54,334 bases of DNA from positions 1-54,334 of the IMG/VR virus record IMGVR_UViG_3300036855_000036. One strand, given 5' to 3'. The position numbers and the translations under genes were made by a program. This stretch comes from a virus. Taxonomy: Duplodnaviria; Caudoviricetes. The first letter of the stretch is position 1. The number at the start of each line of letters is the position of its first letter. This document shows, piece by piece, positions 28,091 to 37,208 of this stretch. The notes under the pieces were generated by a model. It was not told the origin of the DNA, did no database searches, and worked only from the letters and a program-made list of their open reading frames with translations.

Positions 28091-28501
28091 CTAGGGCTTC
28101 CACTCGGCGCGGTAGTCCGGGTGGTCGCTGTAGACGGCGGCGAGAACGCGGACGTCGGCGCATGGCCATAGGTAGCCGTTGCGGTCGTCAGTGCATTGCA
28201 CGCACCATGAAGTCTTCGGCAGCAGGTCTTTGATGGGCGAGTGTCGCTCTAGGATCGCCCGCTTGGCCTCGACCTCGCGCAGCACGCGGGCCGGGTCATG
28301 GCGGGCAAAGTGCCGCCCGGCCGACCGGTCCGGTTCAAGCCACGACCGGCCATCTTCCGATGCGTAGCGAACCCGGCCATGAGAGAACGCCTCATCGAGC
28401 CGAGCGCCACCCATGTCGTAAACGTGACCGAGCGGTGCGACCGCCTTCGCCGCCGCCTCGTCCTCATCCAGCCGCGCCTTTACGAACTCCCCGATTTCCA
28501 C
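28091..28501 (-). CDS. DUF6221-like actinophage protein
   Basis: FVKARLDEDE, RHDPARVLREVEAKRAIL, YSDHPDYRAEW. Confidence 0.8.
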   Translation of the reverse strand: MEIGEFVKARLDEDEAAAKAVAPLGHVYDMGGARLDEAFSHGRVRYASEDGRSWLEPDRSAGRHFARHDPARVLREVEAKRAILERHSPIKDLLPKTSWCVQCTDDRNGYLWPCADVRVLAAVYSDHPDYRAEWKP

Positions 28502-28670
28502 GGCCCACCTCCGTCATCCTCATGATCGCCGCGAGCACCTCCAGGTCGCCGCGCGCCACCGTCCGCTCCGCGTCGTCCAGCTCATCCCACCGCGCCAGCC
28601 GGGCGACCAGGCCGGGCGGCAGCGCGGGCCGCGCCACGTCCAGCAGCGCCGAGCAGCACGACGGGTCCAA
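28464..28670 (-). CDS. Hypothetical protein
   Basis: GGAGG SD before TTG at 28670. Confidence 0.45.
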   Translation of the reverse strand: MDPSCCSALLDVARPALPPGLVARLARWDELDDAERTVARGDLEVLAAIMRMTEVGRGNRGVRKGAAG

Positions 28671-28702
28671 CGGTCCTCCGGGGGGCGGGCGCGATTGCGC
28701 GG

Positions 28703-28921
28703 CTAAATCGTATCGCCCGGCCTCCGGTCCAGGTGCAGCCAGTCCGGGCACGCCGGGTCCAGCTTCTCCCGGCGCACCACGTACCCGCACATCACGCACA
28801 CCGCCTCAACCGGGTAATGCCACGGGAACCGCAGGTTCGCCGGCAGCCCCGTGTTCCGGCCCGTTACCGAGTACGCCGTGCCCGGCTCGATCAGCAGCTC
28901 ATGCGGGTCAGGACCCGGCAC
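28703..28921 (-). CDS. Hypothetical protein
   Basis: Operon context, CxxC. Confidence 0.55.
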   Translation of the reverse strand: MPGPDPHELLIEPGTAYSVTGRNTGLPANLRFPWHYPVEAVCVMCGYVVRREKLDPACPDWLHLDRRPGDTI

Positions 28922-29129
28922 CGGCCGCCTCGTCTCGCCGCTTTATCAGCTTGGCCAGCAGCCCGCGCATGCTCACCGACTCGACGACCGGCGTCCCCTT
29001 CGGGACCGCCCGGTAGCCGCCGAACACCCGGCTCCACTCCCACTCGGGGAACTTCTCCGCCATCGTCTCCCCGACAAGCCGCTCGTCCGCGGCGCGCTGC
29101 TCGCCTGCCTGGAATCCGGGTCCCATCAC
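28908..29129 (-). CDS. Hypothetical protein
   Basis: Operon context. Confidence 0.55.
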   Translation of the reverse strand: MMGPGFQAGEQRAADERLVGETMAEKFPEWEWSRVFGGYRAVPKGTPVVESVSMRGLLAKLIKRRDEAAGAGS

Positions 29130-29132
29130 CGC

Positions 29133-29345
29133 CTACCGCAGGCCGAGCCTGCTGAGGATGTCGCGGGACTCGTGACGGGCATCCTTCGCCGCGTCTTCGG
29201 CCGCCTTGTAGTCGCGCTCGCGGATCCGGCCGGCGCGGAGGTCCGCTGCCGCCTGCGTCATGCGCCTGTCCGCGTTCTCTATGTCGCGGATCGCCTCCAT
29301 GCCGCGCTCCGCTAGTTCCTCGTCGTTGTTGCTGAACCATGACAT
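29133..29345 (-). CDS. Hypothetical helical protein
   Basis: AAGGAG SD before ATG 29345. Confidence 0.6.
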   Translation of the reverse strand: MSWFSNNDEELAERGMEAIRDIENADRRMTQAAADLRAGRIRERDYKAAEDAAKDARHESRDILSRLGLR

Positions 29346-29346
29346 T

Positions 29347-29754
29347 TCAGTTCTCCTTGTGTTCGACGGTGCCCCTGACCAGGGGCACCCAGCTGGCATC
29401 TCCGGCGGGCTCGCCGGGGAGCGTGTGAACGTAGTGGTGGTGCTCGACGACCGACACCTTCGGCGCGAGCGCGGGACGCTCCGGGGCGGGCAGCTCATGC
29501 AGCGCCGGAGCCGGGACGATGCCCCGCGGCAGGGAACCCGGGTGCCGCGCCAGGTACACCAGGAACGCGGCGAGCGCGGCGACGACCAGAACGACGACGA
29601 CCACGGCGGCGATCAGCGCGTCGACCACAGCGGCAGCCACCGCCGCGACGGCACCCCCGGACCCGCACAGCAGCAGGAGGGCGATGACGAGCAGCGCCGG
29701 GCCGGGACTGCCGCCGACCGTCTCCCCGGTGCCCTGGAACCTGAATCTCGTCAC
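29347..29754 (-). CDS. Membrane protein (Spd-like)
   Basis: Long hydrophobic segments; GTGA overlap; downstream of traB-like gene. Confidence 0.55.
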   Translation of the reverse strand: MTRFRFQGTGETVGGSPGPALLVIALLLLCGSGGAVAAVAAAVVDALIAAVVVVVLVVAALAAFLVYLARHPGSLPRGIVPAPALHELPAPERPALAPKVSVVEHHHYVHTLPGEPAGDASWVPLVRGTVEHKEN

Positions 29755-29921
29755 CGGCTTCTCCATTCGCTGATCATCCGCATCACCAGCAGGTGCACGC
29801 GGGCCGCCCAGCCGGCGCCCAGGCGCCGCCTGCCGTCCTCGCGGAACGGGCGCCGCCACACGTACAGAAGCCGCCACGCCAGCGCGATCACGGCGAACTC
29901 GAACAGGTGCAGGATCATCAC
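29751..29921 (-). CDS. Small membrane protein (56 aa, not in ORF track)
   Basis: MILHLFEFAVIALAWRLLYVWRRPF; overlaps both neighbours by 4 nt. Confidence 0.55.
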   Translation of the reverse strand: MMILHLFEFAVIALAWRLLYVWRRPFREDGRRRLGAGWAARVHLLVMRMISEWRSR

Positions 29922-30382
29922 CCGTCACCACCTCCCTCGGAGCCCGCGGCGACCCCGTCGACGAACCCCTCCTGGTACTTGACGCACCCGTACCGGGTGC
30001 ACTCGGGGTCCGCGCAGGTGCGCGGGTTGTGCGGCGACGCGCGGGGCTTCCGTGCCTTCGCCGCGGCAGCCGCCCTGGCGCGGCGCTCGCGGTCCGCTGC
30101 CTTGCGGCGCCTGGCGGCCTCGGCCCGAATGCGCTTGCGGCGCTCCCGCCGCGCCGTCGCCTTGGCCGCGCGCTCGGCGGCCCTGCGCCGCCTCGCCCAG
30201 TCCGTCCGCACCGTGCAGGTATGCGTGAACGGGTTGCGGACCTCTTTCTGGCAGGTGCGGCACTGGAACCGGACGGCGGGTCGCAGCCGGTCCCGTTTGC
30301 CGCGCTTCCCTGGGCAGGCGTGGTAGCGCCCGCGCGGCTTCCCGCAGGAACCGCACGCCAGCACCGTAAGCCGGAGCTTCAT
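29918..30382 (-). CDS. Zn-binding Arg-rich protein
   Basis: CGSCG, CRTC, HxC motifs. Confidence 0.6.
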   Translation of the reverse strand: MKLRLTVLACGSCGKPRGRYHACPGKRGKRDRLRPAVRFQCRTCQKEVRNPFTHTCTVRTDWARRRRAAERAAKATARRERRKRIRAEAARRRKAADRERRARAAAAAKARKPRASPHNPRTCADPECTRYGCVKYQEGFVDGVAAGSEGGGDG

Positions 30383-30534
30383 CAACCCCCCATGGGGTGC
30401 CTTCAAGGGAGGGCCGGGCGTCACTTTCAGGGTGCACGTCACTGCTGGTCAGGGCGCCGGGCCAGTGACCGCGATGACGCTGCCTCGCATTTCCGCAGGT
30501 CACCGCAGTGACAGGACGGTCACTCTCCAGAGCG

Positions 30535-32655
30535 CTAGACAAGGGCACGGTCACCCTCCCTCGCCGCCGTGACAGCCTCCCGGTAACAGCCGCGTGCACT
30601 CTCACCGCCGCGGGTCACCGACCTTGACGGGACGCCGAGGTCGCGCAGCTGCGCCGTGATCGCGCCCGGAGTGATGTCCGCCCACCGCTCGCCCAGGTGG
30701 GCGTCGAGCCGGTCGGCCAGCTCGGTCCAGTGCAGCGCGCTGTCGTCGCCGAACACCTCGAGGACGTCGGCCAGGACGTCGCGGTGATCGTCGGCCCACT
30801 CCTCGCCGATCGCCTCGCCGGTGAGCGTGCCGGCCGCCTCGCGGTACTTCCGGGCCGCCTTGATGATCGCCTCGGCGTCCTCGGCGTCGGCCAGGTAGGC
30901 GCGGACAGTCGGGGTGTGCTCGAGGTCGGGGTGACCCCACAGGATCGAGATGCCCCGGTACTTCTTGCCGTCCGGCAGGGTGGAGGCGTCGAAGCCCTCC
31001 TCGGCGCCGCCGCCGAGCACCGCCTCGGACACGTGCCGGTTACCGCACTTCAGCGCGATCCGCACCTCGTGGTTATCGCGGTAGCGGGTGAACAGTTCCT
31101 TGATGGCCTGAGTCGACCCGACCCCCGCGGGCTTCTGCAGGGAGGTCGCCAGGATGACGCCGAGCGCCGGGCCGGCCGACCGGATGTTGGACAGGCTCTG
31201 CGCGATCTTCTTGCTGAGTTCCGTGTCGGCCAGCTCGTAGTAGAAGTACGCCTCCTCCATCACCAGCAGCCAGAGGAACAGCTTCTTCGGGTACTTGCGG
31301 CACAGCTCCTCGGTGAGCTTCCCCTCCGGGCACTCCGCGGTGCTCAGGGTCGACAGGAAGTTCCCGGTGTCCTCCATGTGGCGCTCGATCGCCTGGAGCT
31401 CGGCGAGCAGCTTCTCGCCCGGGTCGCCGTCGCGGGTCGGCCGCGTACCGAAGACGGTCCGGTGCGCGATCAGCTGGAACGGCCGCCAGTCCGGCTTCGA
31501 CGACCCGTCCGCGATGGTGATCCGGACGTGCGGGTCGAGCGCGGCGAACAGGGCCAGCGCCCGGGCGGTGAACGTCTTCCCCTTGCGGGGCTGGGAGCCG
31601 ATCAGGAACGACACCCACAGCAGGGAGATCCGCACCCGGTCGCCGAACTGGTCGAGGCCCATGGGCCACAGGTCGCGCCACAGGTTCCGCGACTTGAGGT
31701 CGAGCAGCGGGGTGCGGCCGGCGGACTTGGCCAGCGGGTCCTCGTCGGCGATCCACAGGGTGTGGCGCCGCTCCGACGTGTCGTCGGGAGTCAGGAAGAG
31801 CTGTGACACCTTGACGTCCAGGCCGGACGCGAGCGCGGCCAGCGAGCCCATGACCTTGGCGAACGTCCCGCCGTAGGGCAGGTACACGGGAACGAACGTG
31901 CCGGTGCCGCGCTTGTCGCGCGCCATGACGCCCAGCCCCAGCTCCTGCCCCTCGGTGCCGGGCTTGCACTGCCCGGCCGCGGCATAGGCGCGGACGACAG
32001 TGTCCTGGCTGACCACCCGGACCACCGGCTCCGTCATTGACGGGGTGATGATCGGCCGCCCCTCCGGACCCCCGGCACGCGCCGCGAGGACGGCCAGCAC
32101 GGGCACTATGCCGCACCACGCCCACGGCTCGATCCTGGTCACGAGCACGCCGGCGACCAGCGCGGCAAGCGCGCAGGCGCTGATGACGATGCCCCGCTCG
32201 CCGCGCACCGTCCGCTGGTGCCCGTGCTGCCTGCGGTACTCGCCGCCGTCGTTCTCGATCGCCGCGACGAGGCGCGCGCCGGTTCCCTCGGTGACCCACC
32301 ACCAGCGGCGCAGCCGCTCGGCCAGGACCAGCGTGCCCCACAGGGCCCACAGGACCGTCTTGAGCAGGTACCAGGGTGAGCGCAGCGCGTGGAACGACGC
32401 CTCGTACCGCAGCTGCTCGGCGTGCCGCCCTGTCTCCGTGCGGAGTGCCTCACGGGAGCGCAGCACGGGCGGCACGACCGGGCGCCGGTCATCGCGCGTC
32501 GCGGGCAGCCCGAAGCCGCCGGGCGGGTGAACCGGCTGCGGGTCGTCCTGATCGTCGTCGAGGACGTGCTCGAACCGCTCGCGCGGAGGTGCGTCCTGGC
32601 TGGCGTCCGCGGACGGGAACGGGATAACCCGGCCGTCGCCGCTGTCACTCACCAT
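30535..32655 (-). CDS. traB: FtsK/SpoIIIE-family TraB-like conjugative DNA translocase
   Basis: N-terminal TMs, LASGLDV, LWIADEDP, Walker A GSQPRKGKT, Walker B LLVMEE, GPALGVIL...QKP, C-terminal wHTH-like region. Confidence 0.85.
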   Translation of the reverse strand: MVSDSGDGRVIPFPSADASQDAPPRERFEHVLDDDQDDPQPVHPPGGFGLPATRDDRRPVVPPVLRSREALRTETGRHAEQLRYEASFHALRSPWYLLKTVLWALWGTLVLAERLRRWWWVTEGTGARLVAAIENDGGEYRRQHGHQRTVRGERGIVISACALAALVAGVLVTRIEPWAWCGIVPVLAVLAARAGGPEGRPIITPSMTEPVVRVVSQDTVVRAYAAAGQCKPGTEGQELGLGVMARDKRGTGTFVPVYLPYGGTFAKVMGSLAALASGLDVKVSQLFLTPDDTSERRHTLWIADEDPLAKSAGRTPLLDLKSRNLWRDLWPMGLDQFGDRVRISLLWVSFLIGSQPRKGKTFTARALALFAALDPHVRITIADGSSKPDWRPFQLIAHRTVFGTRPTRDGDPGEKLLAELQAIERHMEDTGNFLSTLSTAECPEGKLTEELCRKYPKKLFLWLLVMEEAYFYYELADTELSKKIAQSLSNIRSAGPALGVILATSLQKPAGVGSTQAIKELFTRYRDNHEVRIALKCGNRHVSEAVLGGGAEEGFDASTLPDGKKYRGISILWGHPDLEHTPTVRAYLADAEDAEAIIKAARKYREAAGTLTGEAIGEEWADDHRDVLADVLEVFGDDSALHWTELADRLDAHLGERWADITPGAITAQLRDLGVPSRSVTRGGESARGCYREAVTAAREGDRALV

Positions 32656-32855
32656 GCGAACCGCCTCCTGACGGGCTGGATGCCCCACCCGCACTCGGCC
32701 GCCAGGATCGCGATCCCGAGCAAGAGCGCGGCGAGCAGTACGACGATGACGACCGCGGCGACCGTGATCACGACCGCGGCGACCGCGAGCAGGACGTGAA
32801 TGCCAGCCACCGCCAGGACCGCGCCGAGGATGCCGAGGACGGCGTTGCCGGTCAT
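32649..32855 (-). CDS. Small membrane protein
   Basis: Almost entirely hydrophobic; overlaps neighbours. Confidence 0.6.
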   Translation of the reverse strand: MTGNAVLGILGAVLAVAGIHVLLAVAAVVITVAAVVIVVLLAALLLGIAILAAECGWGIQPVRRRFAW

Positions 32856-33571
32856 GACGCGCTCCCGTTCGGCGACGGGTCCGGCTCGGGCTCGCCGATG
32901 CGGTGCAGGCGCGGGACTGCCTCGAACGGCGCGGGCTCAGGGATCAGCTCGGCGCGCAGTTTCGACGCCACCGGGCGCGTCAGCCCAAACCGCGTCACAA
33001 GCTGGTTCTGCGACAGCGGGTTGCCCGCCGTGATCGTCGCGGCCAGCGCCGCCTTCGCCGCACTTTCGGCGTCGGTGGCAACTGCCGGTTTTGGCAGCTC
33101 AGGCGCCGTTTCCGGTTCCAGCTCCGGCTTGTCCTCCTGCTCGGCTTCGTCAGCTCGCAGCAGGTGCGTCAGCCCGGCGCCGAAACCGAGCACGATCACC
33201 GGCAGGCAGGACACCAGCACCGTGACCGGCCACGGCGCCCGGTGCGCATGCGCGGCGGCCAGCAGGTGAAAGATGACCTGCCCCGTCATGCCGAGCGCCA
33301 GCGCGCCGACAGCGGACCGGCGGGCGAACCTGCGGGCGACGTCCGGGATGGCCGACGGGCGCATCCACACGCCGAGCGCGTAGGCGCCGTAGGCTTCGAC
33401 GCCGACCGGCAGCGTGATCGCCGTGTTCAGGTGCCAGGGGACGATCCCGGGCAGCGGCTGGACGAGGCCGAAGCCGCACATGCCGCCGAGTCCGACCCAC
33501 CCTGACCAGATCGCGACGGCGGCCGGGGCGGCAATGAAGATCAGCGGCCAGCGCCGCACCGGGGCGCTCAT
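32852..33571 (-). CDS. Spd-like multi-pass membrane protein with C-terminal HTH-like tail
   Basis: 4 TMs, LPVGVEAY, VSCLPVIVLG, LSQNQLVTRFGLTR; upstream of traB. Confidence 0.7.
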   Translation of the reverse strand: MSAPVRRWPLIFIAAPAAVAIWSGWVGLGGMCGFGLVQPLPGIVPWHLNTAITLPVGVEAYGAYALGVWMRPSAIPDVARRFARRSAVGALALGMTGQVIFHLLAAAHAHRAPWPVTVLVSCLPVIVLGFGAGLTHLLRADEAEQEDKPELEPETAPELPKPAVATDAESAAKAALAATITAGNPLSQNQLVTRFGLTRPVASKLRAELIPEPAPFEAVPRLHRIGEPEPDPSPNGSAS

Positions 33572-33843
33572 TCCTGCCCCGTCCGGTGCCAGTAGTCGAG
33601 CTCGCCGATGATGTGCCAGCTGATGACCGCGGCCACCGGGCGCAGCCACCATGGCACCGCGGCGGCGGCCTCGTAAGACTCGCGGTGCATGCGCGACGGG
33701 GTTTCCCAGCCGTCGCCGCCGGCGACGTGGTCCGCGTAGCTGGCGATGGCGTCCTCGCACAGGGCGCGGCGGGCGCGGGCGAAGCGGCGCAGCGCGGCAA
33801 GCGGGCTAGCGGCTGGCGGGGAGGTGACTGTACGGTTCTTCAC
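33568..33843 (-). CDS. Hypothetical protein (first gene of transfer operon)
   Basis: SD before GTG 33843; ATGA overlap. Confidence 0.55.
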   Translation of the reverse strand: MKNRTVTSPPAASPLAALRRFARARRALCEDAIASYADHVAGGDGWETPSRMHRESYEAAAAVPWWLRPVAAVISWHIIGELDYWHRTGQE

Positions 33844-33952
33844 GGGCCTCTTCCTGGTGAGATCAGGTTGGGGTGAGGCTTCGGCCTCCGGGCCGTCGCA
33901 GGTGTTTGCGCACCGCGGCGGCCCGCCCCATTTCGGGCGGTTGTCAAGGGCT

Positions 33953-33998
33953 AATGTACGCGTGCTTTGCAAAGGCTTGCAAGGCATGCCAAGGCTTA
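33953..33998. promoter_or_regulatory. Leftward promoter and ~10-bp periodic operator repeats
   Basis: TTGCAAAGGC-TTGCAAGGCA-TGCCAAGGCT; minus-strand TTGCAA-18-TACATT. Confidence 0.5.
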
Positions 33999-34040
33999 CC
34001 GGATCTTTCCGCAGGTCAGGGAGGCTTTAACATGCCCTGC

Positions 34041-34295
34041 ATGGCACTATCCCGTCCTGACCTGCGCCGTTCATCGCCTGTCCCGCTCAAGCAGCAGATC
34101 GTGGACCACATCGCCGGCGCCGTGGAGCGCGGCGACCTCCGGCCGGGGGACAAGCTGCCAGCCGGCCGCGAGCTCGCCGAGGAGTGGGAGGTCGGCTACT
34201 CGACGATCAACGACGCCATGAAGCTGCTCGCCGCCCGCGGCGTGCTGGTCGCCGCGATGGGCAAGGGCACGTTCGTCGCCGAGCGTCGCGAGTAG
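34041..34295 (+). CDS. GntR-family wHTH regulator (KorA/KorSA-like)
   Basis: QQIVDHI, LRPGDKLP, RELAEEW, GKGTFV; divergent from transfer operon. Confidence 0.88.
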   Translation: MALSRPDLRRSSPVPLKQQIVDHIAGAVERGDLRPGDKLPAGRELAEEWEVGYSTINDAMKLLAARGVLVAAMGKGTFVAERRE

Positions 34296-34307
34296 GCGAG
34301 GGGAGGG

Positions 34308-34670
34308 CTACTCCGCCGCGCGCCGGGCGAGAGTCTCCTCAGACATGCGGCGGGCAAGCCGGACCATGTCCTCGTCCGTGTACCCGAACCTGGCCTTGAG
34401 GTCCGCTATGACCCCGCCCAGGAAATCGAACATGGACTGCGGCGGCCAGCCGAGCCCCTCTTCCTCGCGCCACGCTCGGTACTCCTCCGGCGTGAAGTCG
34501 GACTTCTCCATGTTGCAGACCTTGCATGCCGGCGCCAGGTTGCCCCGGTCGTCGGTGCCGCCGCGGCTGCGCGGCATGATGTGATCCACCTGCGTTGGAA
34601 TCGGGTCGCCGCAATAGGAGCACGGGCCAGAGGTCAGGACTTCGATGCGCGTAGCTTGAGAAATTGCCAA
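34308..34670 (-). CDS. HNH endonuclease (McrA-like)
   Basis: [26 protein letters not shown]; TTG 34670 after GAAAGGA. Confidence 0.85.
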   Translation of the reverse strand: MAISQATRIEVLTSGPCSYCGDPIPTQVDHIMPRSRGGTDDRGNLAPACKVCNMEKSDFTPEEYRAWREEEGLGWPPQSMFDFLGGVIADLKARFGYTDEDMVRLARRMSEETLARRAAE

Positions 34671-34688
34671 CTGAATTCGATTCCTTTC

Positions 34689-34742
34689 ATATCTGTTAGA
34701 GGTAAAACATGGAGCCGCCCATGTTCGCACTCTAACAGGTAT
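34689..34742. other. Putative attP site
   Basis: 54-bp imperfect inverted repeat (CTGTTAGAG/CTCTAACAG and AACATGG/CCATGTT) centred on CC 34715-16, just upstream of the integrase. Confidence 0.75.
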
Positions 34743-34779
34743 CATCGGAGCGTGGTCACAGCAGGTAATGGTTGCGCTC

Positions 34780-36201
34780 ATGCGCCCCGCGAGTAACAGC
34801 GAGCCCGTCCAGGCGGCGATCTACTGCCGGATCAGCCTGGCGGTACTGAAAGACACGACGAAGGTCGACGAGCAGGAAGCGCAGTGCCGCGAGGTGGCCC
34901 GGCGCCTCGGCTGGGAGGTGACCGCCGTCTTCAAGGACAACTCCCGCTCGGCGTGGCAGCGCAACCGCAAGCGCGACGGGTGGGACGCGATGCTGGAAGG
35001 GCTGCGCGTCGGACGGTTCGGGGCCATCGTTTCCTACTGGGGCGACCGGATCGTCCGCCAGCCGCGCGACCTGGAGGACCTGCTCGACCTTCGTGAGGGC
35101 CGCAAGATCAGCGTGGCGTCGGTCATGGGCCGGTACGACTTCAACAACAAGGACCACCGGATGATGATGCGGTGGGAGGTGGGCCGGGCCTGCAACGAGT
35201 CGGACACCATCTCCGAGCGCGTCATCAACCATCATGAGCTGCGCCGCGCGAGGGGACTTGCGCGCCCCGGCGGCCGCGGCGGCCGGGCGTTCGGCTTCGA
35301 GACGGACGGCATGACGCACGTCGAGGCCGAGTGCGCGGTCATCCGCGAGATGGCCGTGCGCGTGCTGCGCGGCGAGACAGTGGGGTCTATCTCCCGCGAC
35401 GTGTCGGCCCGCGGGTGGCTGACCCCGGCCGGGAACGAGTTCGGGTACGGCACGGTGCGCAAGATGCTCGCCCGGCCGCGGTACGCGGGCCTGATGCCCG
35501 ACGGCGAGAGCAAGGCGGCCTGGGCGTCCGTCCTCGAGCGCGACACCTGGGAGCGCGTCCGCCTGCTGCTCGACGCCAAGGCCGAGCAGTTCGGGTACGC
35601 GACCAACGCGCGCCGCTGGCTGCTGTCGGGAATCGCCGTGTGCGGCGCGGTCTCCGGCGGGGAAGTCTGCTGCACGCCGCTGATCATCAAGCCGAGCAAG
35701 GGGCGCGGCCGCCAGGAGTACCAGCAGGGGTACGCCTGCCCGCGCAAGGGGTGCGGGAAGGTGTACCGCTCCGCACCGCACCTGGACGCCTACGTCGGTG
35801 CCCGCGTGGTCGGCCTGCTGAATAACCCGCTCAACCCCGCGGCGCAGGTCCCGAACGCCCCGGAGCCGGCCGCCGAGTGGGCGGACCTGTCGGCCGAGCG
35901 GGCGGAGACGGAGAGAATTGCCCGGGACTACCGCGCTTCGGCCGGCATGCTGAGCATCCTGGCGGCGCGGCTCGACAGCATCGACGCCCGCATGGCGCAG
36001 CTGCGCGAGCGGGAGACGAGTGATTCGCGGTCCCGCCTGCTTGAGCAGTACCGGGGCATCACCCGCGACCAGTGGGAGAACGAGCTCCCGCTTGACGTCC
36101 GCCGCGCCCTGGTCGCCGCGTGCTTCACCGTGACGGTGCTGCCCGCCTCCGGCCGCGGCCCCGGCTTCCGGGTGCAGGACGTCCGCCTGGACCCGGCGTA
36201 G
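34780..36201 (+). CDS. int: Large serine recombinase (integrase)
   Basis: IYCRIS catalytic Ser, DNSRSA, DRIVR, recombinase domain, Zn ribbon, coiled coil. Confidence 0.93.
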   Translation: MRPASNSEPVQAAIYCRISLAVLKDTTKVDEQEAQCREVARRLGWEVTAVFKDNSRSAWQRNRKRDGWDAMLEGLRVGRFGAIVSYWGDRIVRQPRDLEDLLDLREGRKISVASVMGRYDFNNKDHRMMMRWEVGRACNESDTISERVINHHELRRARGLARPGGRGGRAFGFETDGMTHVEAECAVIREMAVRVLRGETVGSISRDVSARGWLTPAGNEFGYGTVRKMLARPRYAGLMPDGESKAAWASVLERDTWERVRLLLDAKAEQFGYATNARRWLLSGIAVCGAVSGGEVCCTPLIIKPSKGRGRQEYQQGYACPRKGCGKVYRSAPHLDAYVGARVVGLLNNPLNPAAQVPNAPEPAAEWADLSAERAETERIARDYRASAGMLSILAARLDSIDARMAQLRERETSDSRSRLLEQYRGITRDQWENELPLDVRRALVAACFTVTVLPASGRGPGFRVQDVRLDPA

Positions 36202-36353
36202 GCGGCCAATCCCCGCTTAGGCGGGAATTCGCCCGTTCCTCTGCGCTTGCGCTGCGTGAGCCGGTTGAGACACTGTGTTTGCTTCCGGGCGTTTCCGCAG
36301 GCCAGCTGCATTCGGTGTTGCGTGCCGTGAAATCGCATGTGCAATCAGCTTGC

Positions 36354-36371
36354 GTGCGGTGGCCACCGCAC
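36354..36371. promoter_or_regulatory. Perfect 18-bp palindrome, probable repressor operator
   Basis: GTGCGGTGGCCACCGCAC; core matches CGGTAGCCACCG at 37180-37191. Confidence 0.55.
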
Positions 36372-36491
36372 AGAAGATGACAGCAGTGAATGTTTCTGAA
36401 GGAAACCTTCACCCTGACCCCCTAAGGTCATGTTTCGCCGCAGCCCGCCTGGACCCCGCGGGCGTAACCATGCTCCGACTGGGAGGAACAC

Positions 36492-37085
36492 GTGCAGCGG
36501 GGACTGCTCCTGATGATTACGGCCGTGATAGCGGCCGCCGGCGTGGCCGCGGTGGCGGCCTGGCGGCACCAGAGACAGGCGGCGGCGCGTGCCGCCGCGG
36601 CGCGGGAGCGGGAGGAAGCGCTGATCCTCACCGTGGAGCAGCTCAGTGCCGCGGGCGACGAGCGGCACGGACTGCGCGCGGTCTTAGCCCGCGGCCCGGC
36701 TCTCGCGCGGCCCGTTGGGGCCGCGCGAGACGGGCGGTTCCCCGCGCAGCGCCGCCTCGATCGCCGCCTCGACCGCCGCCGCCCGCTCCGGGGGCAGGAT
36801 CTCGCGGACGTGCTCGCGCAGCCCCGCCGGCACGATGTCCGGCTCAGGCTCAGTCCCGTCGCTGAGACTGACGCCGAGGACCTCTTCGAGCTTGCCGAGC
36901 TTGCGGGACGGGTAGTGCGTCCCCGCTTCCCATTTCTGCACGCTGTTGACGTGAACGCCGACGCGCTCGGCCAGTTCCTGCTGCTCCCAGCCAAGGACCT
37001 GGCGCCGCTTGCGGATGACGGCGCCGACACGCTTGTTGCGGGCGCCGTCGTCTCCGGTGCTCATGCCTCCGATAGTCGTTGCTAG
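36492..37085 (+). CDS. Small membrane protein reading through antisense to the repressor
   Basis: GGGAGG SD and TM segment; only the first ~64 codons look protein-like. Confidence 0.35.
   Translation: MQRGLLLMITAVIAAAGVAAVAAWRHQRQAAARAAAAREREEALILTVEQLSAAGDERHGLRAVLARGPALARPVGAARDGRFPAQRRLDRRLDRRRPLRGQDLADVLAQPRRHDVRLRLSPVAETDAEDLFELAELAGRVVRPRFPFLHAVDVNADALGQFLLLPAKDLAPLADDGADTLVAGAVVSGAHASDSRC
36684..37064 (-). CDS. XRE-family immunity repressor (cI-like)
   Basis: IRKRRQVLGWEQQELAERVGVHVNSVQKWEAG. Confidence 0.88.
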   Translation of the reverse strand: MSTGDDGARNKRVGAVIRKRRQVLGWEQQELAERVGVHVNSVQKWEAGTHYPSRKLGKLEEVLGVSLSDGTEPEPDIVPAGLREHVREILPPERAAAVEAAIEAALRGEPPVSRGPNGPRESRAAG

Positions 37086-37173
37086 CTCCGCGTAAGTCAA
37101 GTTAAGTCTGCGCAGGTCAGTGCGGTGCGGTGCGGTAGGTAACGCTGTTTCCAGATGTATTTAGCGGTGGGTC

Positions 37174-37202
37174 TTGCACCGGTAGCCACCGTTAAGTAGA
37201 GT
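37174..37202 (+). promoter_or_regulatory. Early rightward promoter, leaderless cro mRNA
   Basis: TTGCAC-17-TAGAGT, ATG 6 nt downstream. Confidence 0.7.
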
Positions 37203-37208
37203 TCACGC

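Noticed and set aside
34671-34781. 5' extension of the HNH ORF
   Set aside because: Overlaps attP and the int start; TTG 34670 has an SD
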